A program made the position numbers and the translations under genes. This document shows positions 25,554 through 35,263 of a stretch of DNA of 64,000 nt, piece by piece (the stretch's first letter is position 1; each line of letters starts with the position of its first letter). This stretch comes from a virus: IMG/VR virus record IMGVR_UViG_3300031416_000001. The stretch is one strand, 5' to 3'. Below the pieces are notes generated by a model. It saw nothing but the letters and a program-made list of their open reading frames with translations. It searched no databases and was not told the origin of the DNA.

Positions 25554-26801
25554 ATGTTTAATCCATCACTGTATGCGGGTACCGAAGATCTGGACCTGAA
25601 CGAAGAAGGTTCTCAGGGTACTCTGGATCAGGTAGCAGAAACCGTTTCTGAAATTCGCGCTGAAGTTGCTGAAGCCAACGCCGAAATCCAGGAGCAGGGC
25701 GAAGTTCTGGAAGAAGTCTCTGAGCAGGTTTGTGACATCCAGGAAGCGACTGAAGAAGTTCAGGACCTGGTTGAAGGTATGGAGTCAATGCTGGCTTCTG
25801 GTAACTTCGACGGCCGTGCGTTCGCTTCTCTGTACAACCAAGCGTTCAAAATCACCGACAAACGTCTGGGCGGCGCTCCGGAAACTGCTGCTCCGCGTAT
25901 GGGCGCAGAAGATCTGTACGACGTCTCTACCGCTTCTTCTCTGGCGCGTGACGGTATGGAAGGCTTCATGGATAAAGTGAAAGGCGCTGGTGCTGCTGTT
26001 ATCGCTTTCATCAAGAAGATCTTCAACACCGTTGTGAACTTCTTCATCGGCCTGTTCAACAAGAACAAAGCCATGAAACGTCGCATCGAAGGTCTGAACG
26101 CTGATCTGAGCAAAGACGGCCTGAAGCTGAAAGAGAAAGTCAAACTGGGCGGCTGGAACGGCTACATCGATTACGAAGCCAAAGGTCTGAACGGTAAAGT
26201 TGTTGAGCTGGCAGAAGTGTCTGCACCACTGGGCGCATACGCCAACCTGCTGGACGGTGAAATCACCCTGGCTGAATTCGGTACCGCGTACAAAGCGCTG
26301 GTTTCTGGTCTGAAATCTAAAATTGCTGGCGCTGGCGCAAGCAAAGAAGAGAAAGGCCAACTGGTTGCACAGATCGCTGGCATCCGCGTTGTTCTGCACA
26401 CTGGCGAAGGCGAAGCGTCTGACCTGAAGAAAGCTGGCGCCCTGGCTCGCGCTCTGAGCATGAAGACTGTTAAAGCTGATAACTTCAGCAAACTGACTTC
26501 TGGCGAAGTAGCTCCGAAAGTCACCAGCGCTGCTGCTCTGAAATCTCAGCTGAACATCGTTAGCAATGCTATCGGTAAACTGGAAAGCGGTAAAATCGAC
26601 CAGAAATTCGCTGCTGCTAAGCGTGACAAACTGATCGGCTACATCAATGCTTCTGCAAGCAAAGATGACAAAGAAACTGGTGACAAAGTTGCGCTGGTTA
26701 AAGCTGTTGCTGCATCTTCTGCTGCGCTGACTCGTTCTGCGACTTCTCTGGCGTCTAACGTCCTGGAAGCTCTGATCGACGGCGTTGCTGCGCACATCTA
26801 A
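25554..26801 (+). CDS. abundant head/internal protein paralog, 415 aa, acidic N-terminal propeptide-like region
   Basis: Extreme preferred-codon bias, AAGGAG RBS. Acidic aa 10-75, then GMEGFMDKVKGAGAAVIAFIKKIFNTVVNFFIGLF. Ala-rich helical C-terminal part. Confidence 0.8.
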   Translation: MFNPSLYAGTEDLDLNEEGSQGTLDQVAETVSEIRAEVAEANAEIQEQGEVLEEVSEQVCDIQEATEEVQDLVEGMESMLASGNFDGRAFASLYNQAFKITDKRLGGAPETAAPRMGAEDLYDVSTASSLARDGMEGFMDKVKGAGAAVIAFIKKIFNTVVNFFIGLFNKNKAMKRRIEGLNADLSKDGLKLKEKVKLGGWNGYIDYEAKGLNGKVVELAEVSAPLGAYANLLDGEITLAEFGTAYKALVSGLKSKIAGAGASKEEKGQLVAQIAGIRVVLHTGEGEASDLKKAGALARALSMKTVKADNFSKLTSGEVAPKVTSAAALKSQLNIVSNAIGKLESGKIDQKFAAAKRDKLIGYINASASKDDKETGDKVALVKAVAASSAALTRSATSLASNVLEALIDGVAAHI

Positions 26802-26846
26802 GCTGTGCCATCTGCGCAGGTCCCATTGACTGCGCTTTGAAAAAAG

Positions 26847-26876
26847 ATACTAACCCGGGGCAACCCGGGTTAGTAT
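26847..26876 (+). terminator. hairpin terminator
   Basis: 13-bp stem ATACTAACCCGGG-GCAA-CCCGGGTTAGTAT, then a T-rich tract. Confidence 0.75.
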
Positions 26877-26897
26877 TGACTTCGAGGTTTTTTATTT

Positions 26898-27971
26898 ATG
26901 ACTTCTATTTTTAAAGACTTTGATAAAGGTACTCAAAGCCAAGCGATTACACGTTATGTGAACACGCCAACGGTGGAGTTACTCTATCAAACCGACAAGA
27001 AGGCCGTAGATGCTTTCCTGGACGGTGACAATAAGGCGGTCAAGGACAAAGCCGACGAGATCGAAAAGAAGCCCGAGGAAGAGCGTACAGGCACAGAACA
27101 ACTGTATCTGCGTGTTGCCTCTATCATTCCTAATGCTCCCGCAGAAGTAAACGGCAGCGAAGGCCTTTTCGGCACGGTATGGTCATTGATCAAACGTTTC
27201 CTCAGCATGATTGGTAACTTCTTTAAATGGCTGGCGGAAACCTTCTTTGGTTTTGGTAAACGTTCTAAGACAGACTTCAACAAGCTACAGGGTAAGGTAA
27301 AGGCCGGAGAGATCAATTACGATACCGAATTGAAATACCCCGCCAATGCCAAAGCATTAATCGACAGCAAACGCTTTAAGTCTTTCCCTGCTAACCTGGA
27401 CTGGCTGGCTAAAGAACTGGATAACCTGGTAAGCCGCACTGATGGCGCTATCAAGACCTTTACGGCTGCTAAAGACCTCTTTGCCAAGGTGCAAGATAAA
27501 AAGGTCACCATGGCGGACATAGAGCGTTTTGGTGGTGCAGTAGCGACACACTTAGGTGGGAAGCTGGGCGGGAGTGAGTTCCGCGTGGTGGGCGCACAGT
27601 GGGCAACTGTAACGAAAGACAAAGATGGTGCAATTCTCTTTGTTATCTCTCCCCTGAAACAAACCGACGTAAAAGCCGATGACACGTTCACTGTATCTGA
27701 AGGTAAGTTCGACGGATTAGTGGATAAGTTGGAAAAGACCTCCAACAACCTGGTGCGACTGGCTGAGATCTCCAAGAGTGAAGGAACACTGTTCAATGTC
27801 AAGATCAAGACAGAGAAAGATCTCCAGGGCATGGGCAAGGGCGAGGCGTACGCAATGGCTGCATCATTCCGTAGCTTGGTCAACTACATTGCCTTTATCA
27901 AGCACGTCATGACAGCTATCCAACAGGCTGACACGGCGGCACACGACATCATGGGGAAAGCGTTTAAATGA
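26898..27971 (+). CDS. head/internal protein paralog, 357 aa
   Basis: GSEGLFGTVWSLIKRFLSMIGNFFKWLAETFFGFG family motif. GAGG RBS. Confidence 0.8.
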   Translation: MTSIFKDFDKGTQSQAITRYVNTPTVELLYQTDKKAVDAFLDGDNKAVKDKADEIEKKPEEERTGTEQLYLRVASIIPNAPAEVNGSEGLFGTVWSLIKRFLSMIGNFFKWLAETFFGFGKRSKTDFNKLQGKVKAGEINYDTELKYPANAKALIDSKRFKSFPANLDWLAKELDNLVSRTDGAIKTFTAAKDLFAKVQDKKVTMADIERFGGAVATHLGGKLGGSEFRVVGAQWATVTKDKDGAILFVISPLKQTDVKADDTFTVSEGKFDGLVDKLEKTSNNLVRLAEISKSEGTLFNVKIKTEKDLQGMGKGEAYAMAASFRSLVNYIAFIKHVMTAIQQADTAAHDIMGKAFK

Positions 27972-28432
27972 AAATTATCCGCGTAACTCCTGGGCAGTTT
28001 GCTCGCTGTGTGTTGAAAGCCAGTAATGAGAAAAGCTTTGTAGCGCCAACGCTGCATAACCTCACTGCTGACAACTATGCGGTGGTGGACACCGCGTGCC
28101 GCTCTCGCTTTATTCGTGGTGACAAGATCGACCTGAGTTTCCTGTCAACCTTACCGATTGACATCAGTTATCTGCACGGCAGCATCACGGAAGATGTTAC
28201 GTTAGAAGAACTCGGCGATACGGTGTTTGAAGATGACTCAGTGTTGGTCGCTGATCAGAACGACATCCTGGTTAATGATAACCTGCTGGATACTTTTGAT
28301 ACGCTGATGAGCGTGTTGGGCATGCCCATGGTAACCAGTTCAGAAGTGACATTATCCAAGCTCGATAACCAGTTACACGTCGAATTTACCGATTGTCCGT
28401 ACTTCAAAGGTGCGTTTTCGGTGTCTTGCTAA
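27968..28432 (+). CDS. hypothetical protein, 154 aa
   Basis: ATGA overlap with the upstream gene. No motif recognised. Confidence 0.75.
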   Translation: MKIIRVTPGQFARCVLKASNEKSFVAPTLHNLTADNYAVVDTACRSRFIRGDKIDLSFLSTLPIDISYLHGSITEDVTLEELGDTVFEDDSVLVADQNDILVNDNLLDTFDTLMSVLGMPMVTSSEVTLSKLDNQLHVEFTDCPYFKGAFSVSC

Positions 28433-28439
28433 TTTTATG
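28433..28439 (+). promoter_or_regulatory. TTTTATG motif, candidate late promoter
   Basis: Immediately after the stop at 28432 and 27 nt upstream of ATG 28466. Confidence 0.4.
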
Positions 28440-28465
28440 TTTATACCCCACCTATTAACTTTCAC

Positions 28466-29362
28466 ATGGAAAAAAAGATCATGCAAGACGACGTTATCGA
28501 CCTGGTACTCGACGAAACTCCAGCCGACCTCGATGAGAGCCACGAATCCCTGATTATTCAGGGTAGCATCGATGCCATTGAAGGCACCGAAAGCTATGCG
28601 GTTAAATACCTGGCGGGTGCAATGTGTGGCGCAGACATGCTGCCTCCTAGCGCTATCCACGGTAATGAATCCGTGTGGAACTCTGTAAAGGCCAGCTTTG
28701 CGAAGTCTGTCACTTACATCAAAAATGTCTTCAAGGGCATGTGGGGCTTCTTCTTCGGTAAAGATGCTGAAACGAAGGATGAAGAGAAAGACGGTGAGAT
28801 TGAGAAAGAAAAAGGTATCCTGGCTAAACTGCCTTCTACCTCTGAACTGACTCAGGCTGCCCGTGGCGCTATCGACGCTGCTGCTGCTAAAGCGGCTGCT
28901 GCCGGCGCAAGCATTAAAGCGAAAGTTAACCAGGGTGTGCAGACTGCCAAGATTCTGGCTGAAGATCTTCAGCTGAAAGAAAAGCTGGACGGCGCACTGG
29001 AGAAAATGGCAGAGATCACCAACCGTGGTGTTGAAGTTGCCAAGAAACAAGGTCGCGGTATTGCGCTGGCTGTGTCTATCAAGGCGCAACTGTGGGCGAT
29101 GTACTTCCGTGACTTCCGTGGTCTGATGTCGTCTCAGGTCAAGTCACTGGCGTCTAAAACTCTGGCTGAAATCGAGAAGCTGGAAAGCAAGGTTAAAGCT
29201 GCCGGTGAAAATGCATCTGCTGAAATCAAAGAGAAGTTGGCTTCTCTGAAAGAGGTGATGAAGTCTTACACCTTGATCCAGCAAATGAAATCGTCTTTCC
29301 GTTCATTCGTGACCGGTGTTGTGGATAAACTCACTCCGAGCTATTTCGCAAAAAAGGCGTAA
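28466..29362 (+). CDS. head/internal protein paralog, 298 aa
   Basis: YAVKYLAGAMCGADMLPPSAIHGNESVWNSVKASFAKSVTYIKNVFKGMWGFFFG. The C-terminus LTPSYFAKKA matches the next paralog. Weak RBS (alternative ATG at 28481). Confidence 0.75.
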   Translation: MEKKIMQDDVIDLVLDETPADLDESHESLIIQGSIDAIEGTESYAVKYLAGAMCGADMLPPSAIHGNESVWNSVKASFAKSVTYIKNVFKGMWGFFFGKDAETKDEEKDGEIEKEKGILAKLPSTSELTQAARGAIDAAAAKAAAAGASIKAKVNQGVQTAKILAEDLQLKEKLDGALEKMAEITNRGVEVAKKQGRGIALAVSIKAQLWAMYFRDFRGLMSSQVKSLASKTLAEIEKLESKVKAAGENASAEIKEKLASLKEVMKSYTLIQQMKSSFRSFVTGVVDKLTPSYFAKKA

Positions 29363-29456
29363 TGCCTGGGCTGGATTACGATACGTCGCGTATTGCTGTA
29401 GAACGTAATTACAGCACAGGTGGGGGTTATCGTCGTAAGCTCCGTTAAACTACCGG

Positions 29457-29476
29457 CTACAGGGGCAACCCTGTAG
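29457..29476 (+). terminator. hairpin terminator
   Basis: CTACAGGG-GCAA-CCCTGTAG followed by TTTGGTATT. An alternative AAACTAC/GTAGTTT pairing is also possible. Confidence 0.6.
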
Positions 29477-29547
29477 TTTGGTATTCTGTGTGAATTGTTT
29501 TTTAACTGCAAAACGAACTTAATGTCAATACTGGTGGAGGCCGGGGG

Positions 29548-30954
29548 ATGGAAGGGGTTACTATATTTAAATTACTTAACTTAGTAATAAGTTTAAATGA
29601 TGATGAGAGAGCTATTATTGCTACCAACGACATGTTTAATAATGTTCGTGAAGTAATCAGTAAAGATGCCTCCTTCATTAACGTTGAAGATGTGAAAGCT
29701 TGTAAACAACAACTCACTTCTTTAATCCTTATCACTGCTGATAATGCATTGGATTACCTCAATGGATTAGAGCACACCAACAAGGGTATGAGTAATTACC
29801 TGAGAAATATCGTTGAGACGAGAAAGGTAATTGATCCACTTAAAGCATCGGCTACTCTCTGTGCACTGGGTAATGCGGACTTGACCTACACTGAACGTGA
29901 GGGACTGGACTGCCTGAAAAGTGTATTAGCAGAAACCAAAGAGATGTATTGCCTATTTGTCGCAGAAGACAAAGACTACCCCTCACTGAATGAAGCCGCT
30001 GATCGTCTGGTATTCCTGACCGTATTAGCGCAGATTGTCTGTACCTTTATGGTATCGAAGTATGGCAGTGAAGTCGGTATCGGTGAACACTTTGGCTGTA
30101 ACGTTAAACAGGTCGCGACTGATCTCTCTGACAAAGACACTGATCATTCAGAAAGCTTTGAAGAAGAAGCCGTTGATGGACTCGAGCAATTCAGTCATCT
30201 CGCCGTCCTGCTGCAAGGGCTTGAAGAATTTCATGCAGCAGACGGGGTAGCCACTCAACAGTCTTACGCCCAGCGTTACCTAGTGGGTGTAATGATCAGT
30301 CAGGGTCATCTTCCTGCCGACATCGGTGGTAATGAAGGTGCGGTGTGGGACAAGGTTAAAGCCGCCATGCTGAAAGCCTTCCAGGTAGTGAAAGACGGGC
30401 TGGTTGCTATCAAAGAAAACTACTTCGATAAGTCACTGCAGGAAATGGCCGACGATATCAAAGAAGCAGCAGATGCCAACAAGAAAGCGCTGGCTGCTGT
30501 GGAACAGAAAGACGCAGTATTAACCGACAGCGCCAAAGCGGGTATCGAACGCTTGGCAGCTGCGACGGGCAATGACGGCGTTAAGTCTGCGGTAGGAAAC
30601 CTCTCCAACGTCAGTTCCGCTCCTGGTGTTATCGATAAACTCATGAGTGAATTCACCACGGTGTTTAACGAAGGCCAGGCATTGGAGAAAACCTTTAACG
30701 AGGTCGACTCTGATATCAAAGCCCTGGAAAGCAGCATCTCCAGCGATACCCCTGCAGACGGGGACAAGGAAGCCATCAGCGTCAAGAAGGCAGCCATCAA
30801 CGAGAAATCCAAGGAAGCGCGTGCGAAGTTCGATGATCTCAAGAAACAGTTAGCGGCTCAGCGTAAGACAGCGGGTGCTATTGCCAAAGCGATCAAGGGC
30901 ATCACACCAAGCATCTTTTATGCGGAGAAGAAAGAAGGTGGCAACGATGAGTAA
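29548..30954 (+). CDS. head/internal protein paralog with an extra AT-rich N-terminal module, 468 aa
   Basis: GGAGG RBS. YAQRYLVGVMISQGHLPADIGGNEGAVWDKVKAAMLKAF aligns with 28466..29362. The C-terminus ITPSIFYAEKKE is also shared. Confidence 0.8.
   Translation: MEGVTIFKLLNLVISLNDDERAIIATNDMFNNVREVISKDASFINVEDVKACKQQLTSLILITADNALDYLNGLEHTNKGMSNYLRNIVETRKVIDPLKASATLCALGNADLTYTEREGLDCLKSVLAETKEMYCLFVAEDKDYPSLNEAADRLVFLTVLAQIVCTFMVSKYGSEVGIGEHFGCNVKQVATDLSDKDTDHSESFEEEAVDGLEQFSHLAVLLQGLEEFHAADGVATQQSYAQRYLVGVMISQGHLPADIGGNEGAVWDKVKAAMLKAFQVVKDGLVAIKENYFDKSLQEMADDIKEAADANKKALAAVEQKDAVLTDSAKAGIERLAAATGNDGVKSAVGNLSNVSSAPGVIDKLMSEFTTVFNEGQALEKTFNEVDSDIKALESSISSDTPADGDKEAISVKKAAINEKSKEARAKFDDLKKQLAAQRKTAGAIAKAIKGITPSIFYAEKKEGGNDE
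30916..30922 (+). promoter_or_regulatory. TTTTATG motif embedded in the 3' end of the upstream CDS, candidate internal late promoter
   Basis: 25 nt upstream of ATG 30947, the same spacing class as the intergenic copies. Confidence 0.3.
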
Positions 30955-31687
30955 TATCACGCCAGAGAACATCGACAAACTTAATGCGCGTCTGGGAGGT
31001 AAAGTCAGTGAGTACTTTACTGCGGGCGGGGATGAGACATCGGTGAGCTTTGTTAATAGCAAGGGCATTTCAACCGTTGCTATTGTGAAGAAGATGGACC
31101 TTACCGTACAGTTCCAGTTATCCCTGCCTACCATCAAGGTCGACAAGGACTTCACGGTTTCTCAGGTTATCGCGGCTTTCTCCAAGCAGTTTGGTTTGGG
31201 TCTGGTAGAAGGTGTGGATTATGCGGCGTCTCAGGACAAAGTACAGTTAACGGCGAACATGCTGGGATCGGTACCGTTGCGCATCCTGGATAACTCTTTC
31301 CTGTACAAGGGAACGGTGAATATCCGCATCACCACAGAGACAGGTGGAAAGTTGTTGGACAGTATGGCGACCGTAGCCAAGACCTTCCAGTTAATCTTCT
31401 TCCAGGGCATCTTAAGCATCTCTAAACCCTTCTCCTGCGCGAGCAAAGCCTTTAACGGTAACCAACTCTCACCTGAGTTAGTTGAAGCCGTTAAAACGCG
31501 TCTGAAGACGTCTGACTACGTGACACAGGATAATCTGAACATCCTGCGTAACGCTACCGTGTTTCGTTTCCAGGCGTACAAGCAGAAAGATGGCACTGCG
31601 GTAATTCGCGTCTACCTTCGTGATGCTAACCGTAACCTGCTCGCTATTCCGGTAACCCCGCAAGACGATAAAGACCGTCCGTTCTAA
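30947..31687 (+). CDS. hypothetical protein, 246 aa (track ORF trimmed to ATG 30947)
   Basis: ATGAGTAA start/stop overlap with the upstream gene. Confidence 0.75.
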   Translation: MSNITPENIDKLNARLGGKVSEYFTAGGDETSVSFVNSKGISTVAIVKKMDLTVQFQLSLPTIKVDKDFTVSQVIAAFSKQFGLGLVEGVDYAASQDKVQLTANMLGSVPLRILDNSFLYKGTVNIRITTETGGKLLDSMATVAKTFQLIFFQGILSISKPFSCASKAFNGNQLSPELVEAVKTRLKTSDYVTQDNLNILRNATVFRFQAYKQKDGTAVIRVYLRDANRNLLAIPVTPQDDKDRPF

Positions 31688-31698
31688 ACATAACCGAG

Positions 31699-31722
31699 CT
31701 TAGTGGGGTAACACCCACTAAG
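31699..31722 (+). terminator. hairpin terminator
   Basis: CTTAGTGGG-GTAACA-CCCACTAAG. Confidence 0.65.
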
Positions 31723-31731
31723 TCAGGTAAA

Positions 31732-31738
31732 TTTTATG
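31732..31738 (+). promoter_or_regulatory. TTTTATG motif, candidate late promoter
   Basis: 10 nt after the terminator and 27 nt upstream of ATG 31765. Confidence 0.4.
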
Positions 31739-31764
31739 TTTAATTTCAAAAGGAACAAACCGCT

Positions 31765-33276
31765 ATGGGTGCCACACAAACCACCTTTGCCGGATCCATA
31801 GAAACTTATCGTTCTATTACGCGACCGGTTATTTACGATTCCATTATCTCCGTACTTAAGTATTTTGGCTTAGACGGTGCAAAGAACGTTTACTTCAATG
31901 GTGAAGCAGAGATCACCAAACTCATTGGCAGTGACTTCGGTAACGATCAGAGTCAAACACTGTATACCGACGGAATCTTTCGTAACAAGGTTTATGCCGT
32001 TGCCGCAATAGAACCCTCTGAGTTTAACAACGGTTACCACAACCAGCGCCGTGACGCCACAGAGATGCCGTTCTGGCTGGATAAAAGCATTGGCATGTAC
32101 TTCACGCCAGAGTTTGCAGGTCGTACCGTGACTGTTGAACTGAACTCGCACTTTACATCCCGTATCGCTGCACAAGAGTTCGTGAACAAAATCAACTATA
32201 CTACCAGTCAGATGTTGACCATGATGACGTTTGACGGTGAAGGACACCTGCCACTTAATGACGGTATCCTGGAGTTGATGAGTGACGTGCATGCCCTGCT
32301 GGTTACCAACAAGATCCGTGCCGATCAATTTCCACAGTACTTGGTAGAGAAAAAGCTGCGTGACTTCACTATCATTAATAACGTAGCGGGCAATAACTCT
32401 ACGTTGGTCTACCCGATTAAACTGCGTGATATGCAGATCGAGTTTGAAGAACCGCAAGTGCGTTTAGCCCAGAAAGGCCAGACCATGGGCAAATACGAAG
32501 TCGGTGTTGCCTACAAGTTCTTCTACAACGAGTTTATCGGTTGGCGTATTACCTACCCGCTTCAGGTACACCAGGATGAAATTCCCTCTAAGTGGGTGGT
32601 AACGAATCGCGATCTGTATAACCAATCCGTTCCTTATCACGGCGCAGCTAACCCAGAGTACGTGGCGGGTGTGCGCATGCTGTCTAACATGGGACTGACG
32701 CAGGCACCTTATTACCTGGTGCTGCCACATCACGACAACTGGGAACGCGAGCACAAGGCCAAGCTCAATCAGTTGATTCAAGTGCGGTTACGTGTCGATG
32801 ACGTTAAAGGTGAACAGCTACTGTGTAACCTGTTTGAAATCCCTGAGTTCCAGTGGGATGACGACGCCAAGGCTTATCTGCTTCGTCGACATGACAAAGT
32901 CTTTACCCGGCATGAAACCCCGATTCACTTCGAGGTCTATTCTGACGATCTTCAGGTAGAGCCAAACCAGTTGCGCATGGATGAAGTCGGCAACATCTTT
33001 ATCAAACGTGAGCCTACAGTCACTCGTCTCCAGCACCTCATTATCAACATCGACTACGCGGTGGAAGATTATTCCACGGGCTATTGGGAAGATGCCAGAG
33101 AAAACGGGGGAGGTCTACTTCCTAATATCTACCCATGGTGGGATTGGGATGATTTGCCGGATAACTGGCAAGAAACGATCCCTGACGGATTACCCATTGA
33201 CGGTAAGCGGAGTTGGAATAACTACGAGATGGAACTGGGGCTCATTGTCAAGAACATCAAAACGTTTAGGAGTTAA
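31765..33276 (+). CDS. hypothetical virion-type protein, 503 aa
   Basis: First gene of a four-gene tightly coupled operon (31765-36601). AAAGGAA RBS. No motif recognised. Confidence 0.8.
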   Translation: MGATQTTFAGSIETYRSITRPVIYDSIISVLKYFGLDGAKNVYFNGEAEITKLIGSDFGNDQSQTLYTDGIFRNKVYAVAAIEPSEFNNGYHNQRRDATEMPFWLDKSIGMYFTPEFAGRTVTVELNSHFTSRIAAQEFVNKINYTTSQMLTMMTFDGEGHLPLNDGILELMSDVHALLVTNKIRADQFPQYLVEKKLRDFTIINNVAGNNSTLVYPIKLRDMQIEFEEPQVRLAQKGQTMGKYEVGVAYKFFYNEFIGWRITYPLQVHQDEIPSKWVVTNRDLYNQSVPYHGAANPEYVAGVRMLSNMGLTQAPYYLVLPHHDNWEREHKAKLNQLIQVRLRVDDVKGEQLLCNLFEIPEFQWDDDAKAYLLRRHDKVFTRHETPIHFEVYSDDLQVEPNQLRMDEVGNIFIKREPTVTRLQHLIINIDYAVEDYSTGYWEDARENGGGLLPNIYPWWDWDDLPDNWQETIPDGLPIDGKRSWNNYEMELGLIVKNIKTFRS

Positions 33277-33278
33277 TC

Positions 33279-34556
33279 ATGGCGTTAAGTATCACCCCGG
33301 TAGGACAAGCACCAAGTCCACCGCCCGAAGCCCCCAAGATCTATTCTGAGGCGTATAAACACAGCATCGTAGAGAGTGTCTACCAGAACGAAGGTTCGTA
33401 CCTCTCTATGGTCCCTGGCACGCCTGTACTGGTTGAGTACCACCGCCAGGCGCAGAAGCAGAACGAAGAGCTGCACGCCTTTCAGCCTGGTTCTGGCACC
33501 TATCAAAGTCATACCCGTATCAAAGATGTTATCCTGAAGTTCAAGGATGAAGGTTTCTCTTTTGACGAAATGACAGCCGTTGCGGGCAAGACCGGGACGG
33601 CTTACGCTTTCTTTGGTCTAGTCCCCCTAGTCGGCGATTTCTTTATTGCTGATATCGGCGATGGTAACGCAGGCTGGTTCACGGTAACTAAACTGTCGTT
33701 CTCTGAATTCACGGCGAACAAGGTTTACACCATTGAGTGGGTGCTGGAAGGTATCTTAACCGAACCCGTATGGAAAGAGATGGAGTCCATGATCGTTGAG
33801 GAGTTGGTGTATTCACGTGACCAACATCTGAACGGTGGCACACCTATCATTTCAAGCGGGGAGTTCGATCTCAAGAAAAAGGTATGGAGCTGGTATCCCA
33901 CTATCGTGCATTACGTGTACGAGGAGTTCTACTGGGAAACCGAACGTACCTTGGCACTGGTTATCGATAAGCGTTATTACTACGACCCGTACCTCACCAA
34001 GGCTTTCTTGCAGGTTGCTCGTCCTGAATCTCTGGGAACGTATCCTCGCTTGACGACCCTGTCTCTGGAGTACGGCGGTAACACCGGGGCAACACACGGG
34101 GTCTACAATATCTGGGATGTGCTGTTCCGCAACGACTGGAATACCCTGCGCCGTTGTAAGAACACCGCGGCTATCGTGGATATTAAACGCCTGTTCCCAA
34201 CCCGCACATACAACAACATCCGCTCCAGCGCGTTTGACGGTGTGGTGGTGACAAACCCCGAAGATTATGCTGATATGTCTTCCTGGGTCAGCTGGCAGGA
34301 TCTGGTCCCGACCTACAACCCGTTACCGAACATCCCTATGGTGTACCTGTTTAGCGAAGGCTTCTACAAGGGCAATCCAGAGGGTGAGTTCGAACATCTG
34401 GTAGTAGACGTGCTTAAGAACGATATCGTTGATCTGAAGCGCATACACGCGTTCCTGGAGACGTATTGGGACTTGCCTAAGCAGATGCAACTCTACTATG
34501 CACCTATCCTATTGTTAATGATTTTCAAATCACGCAAGATGGGTAAAGTGTTATGA
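33279..34556 (+). CDS. hypothetical virion-type protein, 425 aa
   Basis: Starts 2 nt after the upstream stop. Confidence 0.8.
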   Translation: MALSITPVGQAPSPPPEAPKIYSEAYKHSIVESVYQNEGSYLSMVPGTPVLVEYHRQAQKQNEELHAFQPGSGTYQSHTRIKDVILKFKDEGFSFDEMTAVAGKTGTAYAFFGLVPLVGDFFIADIGDGNAGWFTVTKLSFSEFTANKVYTIEWVLEGILTEPVWKEMESMIVEELVYSRDQHLNGGTPIISSGEFDLKKKVWSWYPTIVHYVYEEFYWETERTLALVIDKRYYYDPYLTKAFLQVARPESLGTYPRLTTLSLEYGGNTGATHGVYNIWDVLFRNDWNTLRRCKNTAAIVDIKRLFPTRTYNNIRSSAFDGVVVTNPEDYADMSSWVSWQDLVPTYNPLPNIPMVYLFSEGFYKGNPEGEFEHLVVDVLKNDIVDLKRIHAFLETYWDLPKQMQLYYAPILLLMIFKSRKMGKVL

Positions 34557-35263
34557 TAGAAGTCGAACGCTACCGAGCGATACGTAACCGGGCAATTACT
34601 TTGCACGCGGTTATCACCAAACGTCAATACCCGTTCTGGGTATTTCCCAGCCACACCATGACCACCGATCAAATCCGTGACCGTGTTGCTTATCAATCAC
34701 AGGACACCATTGCGGACAGTGATGCCTACGCCCGACCGGTAAAGCGCGGCGTAACAATCGAGAAAGCCATCAAGCTCCTGGAAAACGTGACAGACGATCA
34801 ACCCCTCAAGGTGGATCAGCCTAACAAAAACGTTATCGAGATTGTGGAAACGATTCAGGAGTACAATGCGCTGTGGTATGAACTGTATTTAACCAACTCA
34901 AACTACGGCAGCATTAACCCAGAAGAGATCCGCTACCTGGAGCAACTGGCTTACTACATGTTTGATGATTACGCCAAGATCAAACTGTACCTCGATCAGC
35001 GCAAGCACCGCGATGATTACCGTCAACGTCCTACGCAGGACAATGGACTGTTGGGACTGGTTGGGTTATTCCAGCTCGATCATGCAACGGGTAGACATCA
35101 GCGCCCTGAGTTCATCTCTTATTACGACATGCTGACATCGAAAGTGTTGCCAAACATCGGCCACATTCCAAACGATGCATACAACATCCCGGCACGTACC
35201 AACGTTGACTCGTTACTGCGTCAAGAGGAAGCCCGTAAAGAGTTCGGGGTCTGGGGGTCGTAA
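34553..35263 (+). CDS. hypothetical protein, 236 aa
   Basis: ATGA overlap with the upstream gene. Confidence 0.8.
   Translation: MIEVERYRAIRNRAITLHAVITKRQYPFWVFPSHTMTTDQIRDRVAYQSQDTIADSDAYARPVKRGVTIEKAIKLLENVTDDQPLKVDQPNKNVIEIVETIQEYNALWYELYLTNSNYGSINPEEIRYLEQLAYYMFDDYAKIKLYLDQRKHRDDYRQRPTQDNGLLGLVGLFQLDHATGRHQRPEFISYYDMLTSKVLPNIGHIPNDAYNIPARTNVDSLLRQEEARKEFGVWGS

Noticed and set aside
25785-26795. 336-aa antisense ORF opposite the abundant head paralog. Similar long antisense ORFs occur at 28373..29089, 38847..39593, 31870..32457, 52546..53163, 7096..7623, 10838..11500 and 47038..47557.
   Set aside because: These are shadow ORFs, typical of the reverse strand of genes with strong RNY/preferred-codon bias. 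They have low-complexity Arg/Ser/Val-rich translations and no RBS. They lie fully inside better-supported genes.
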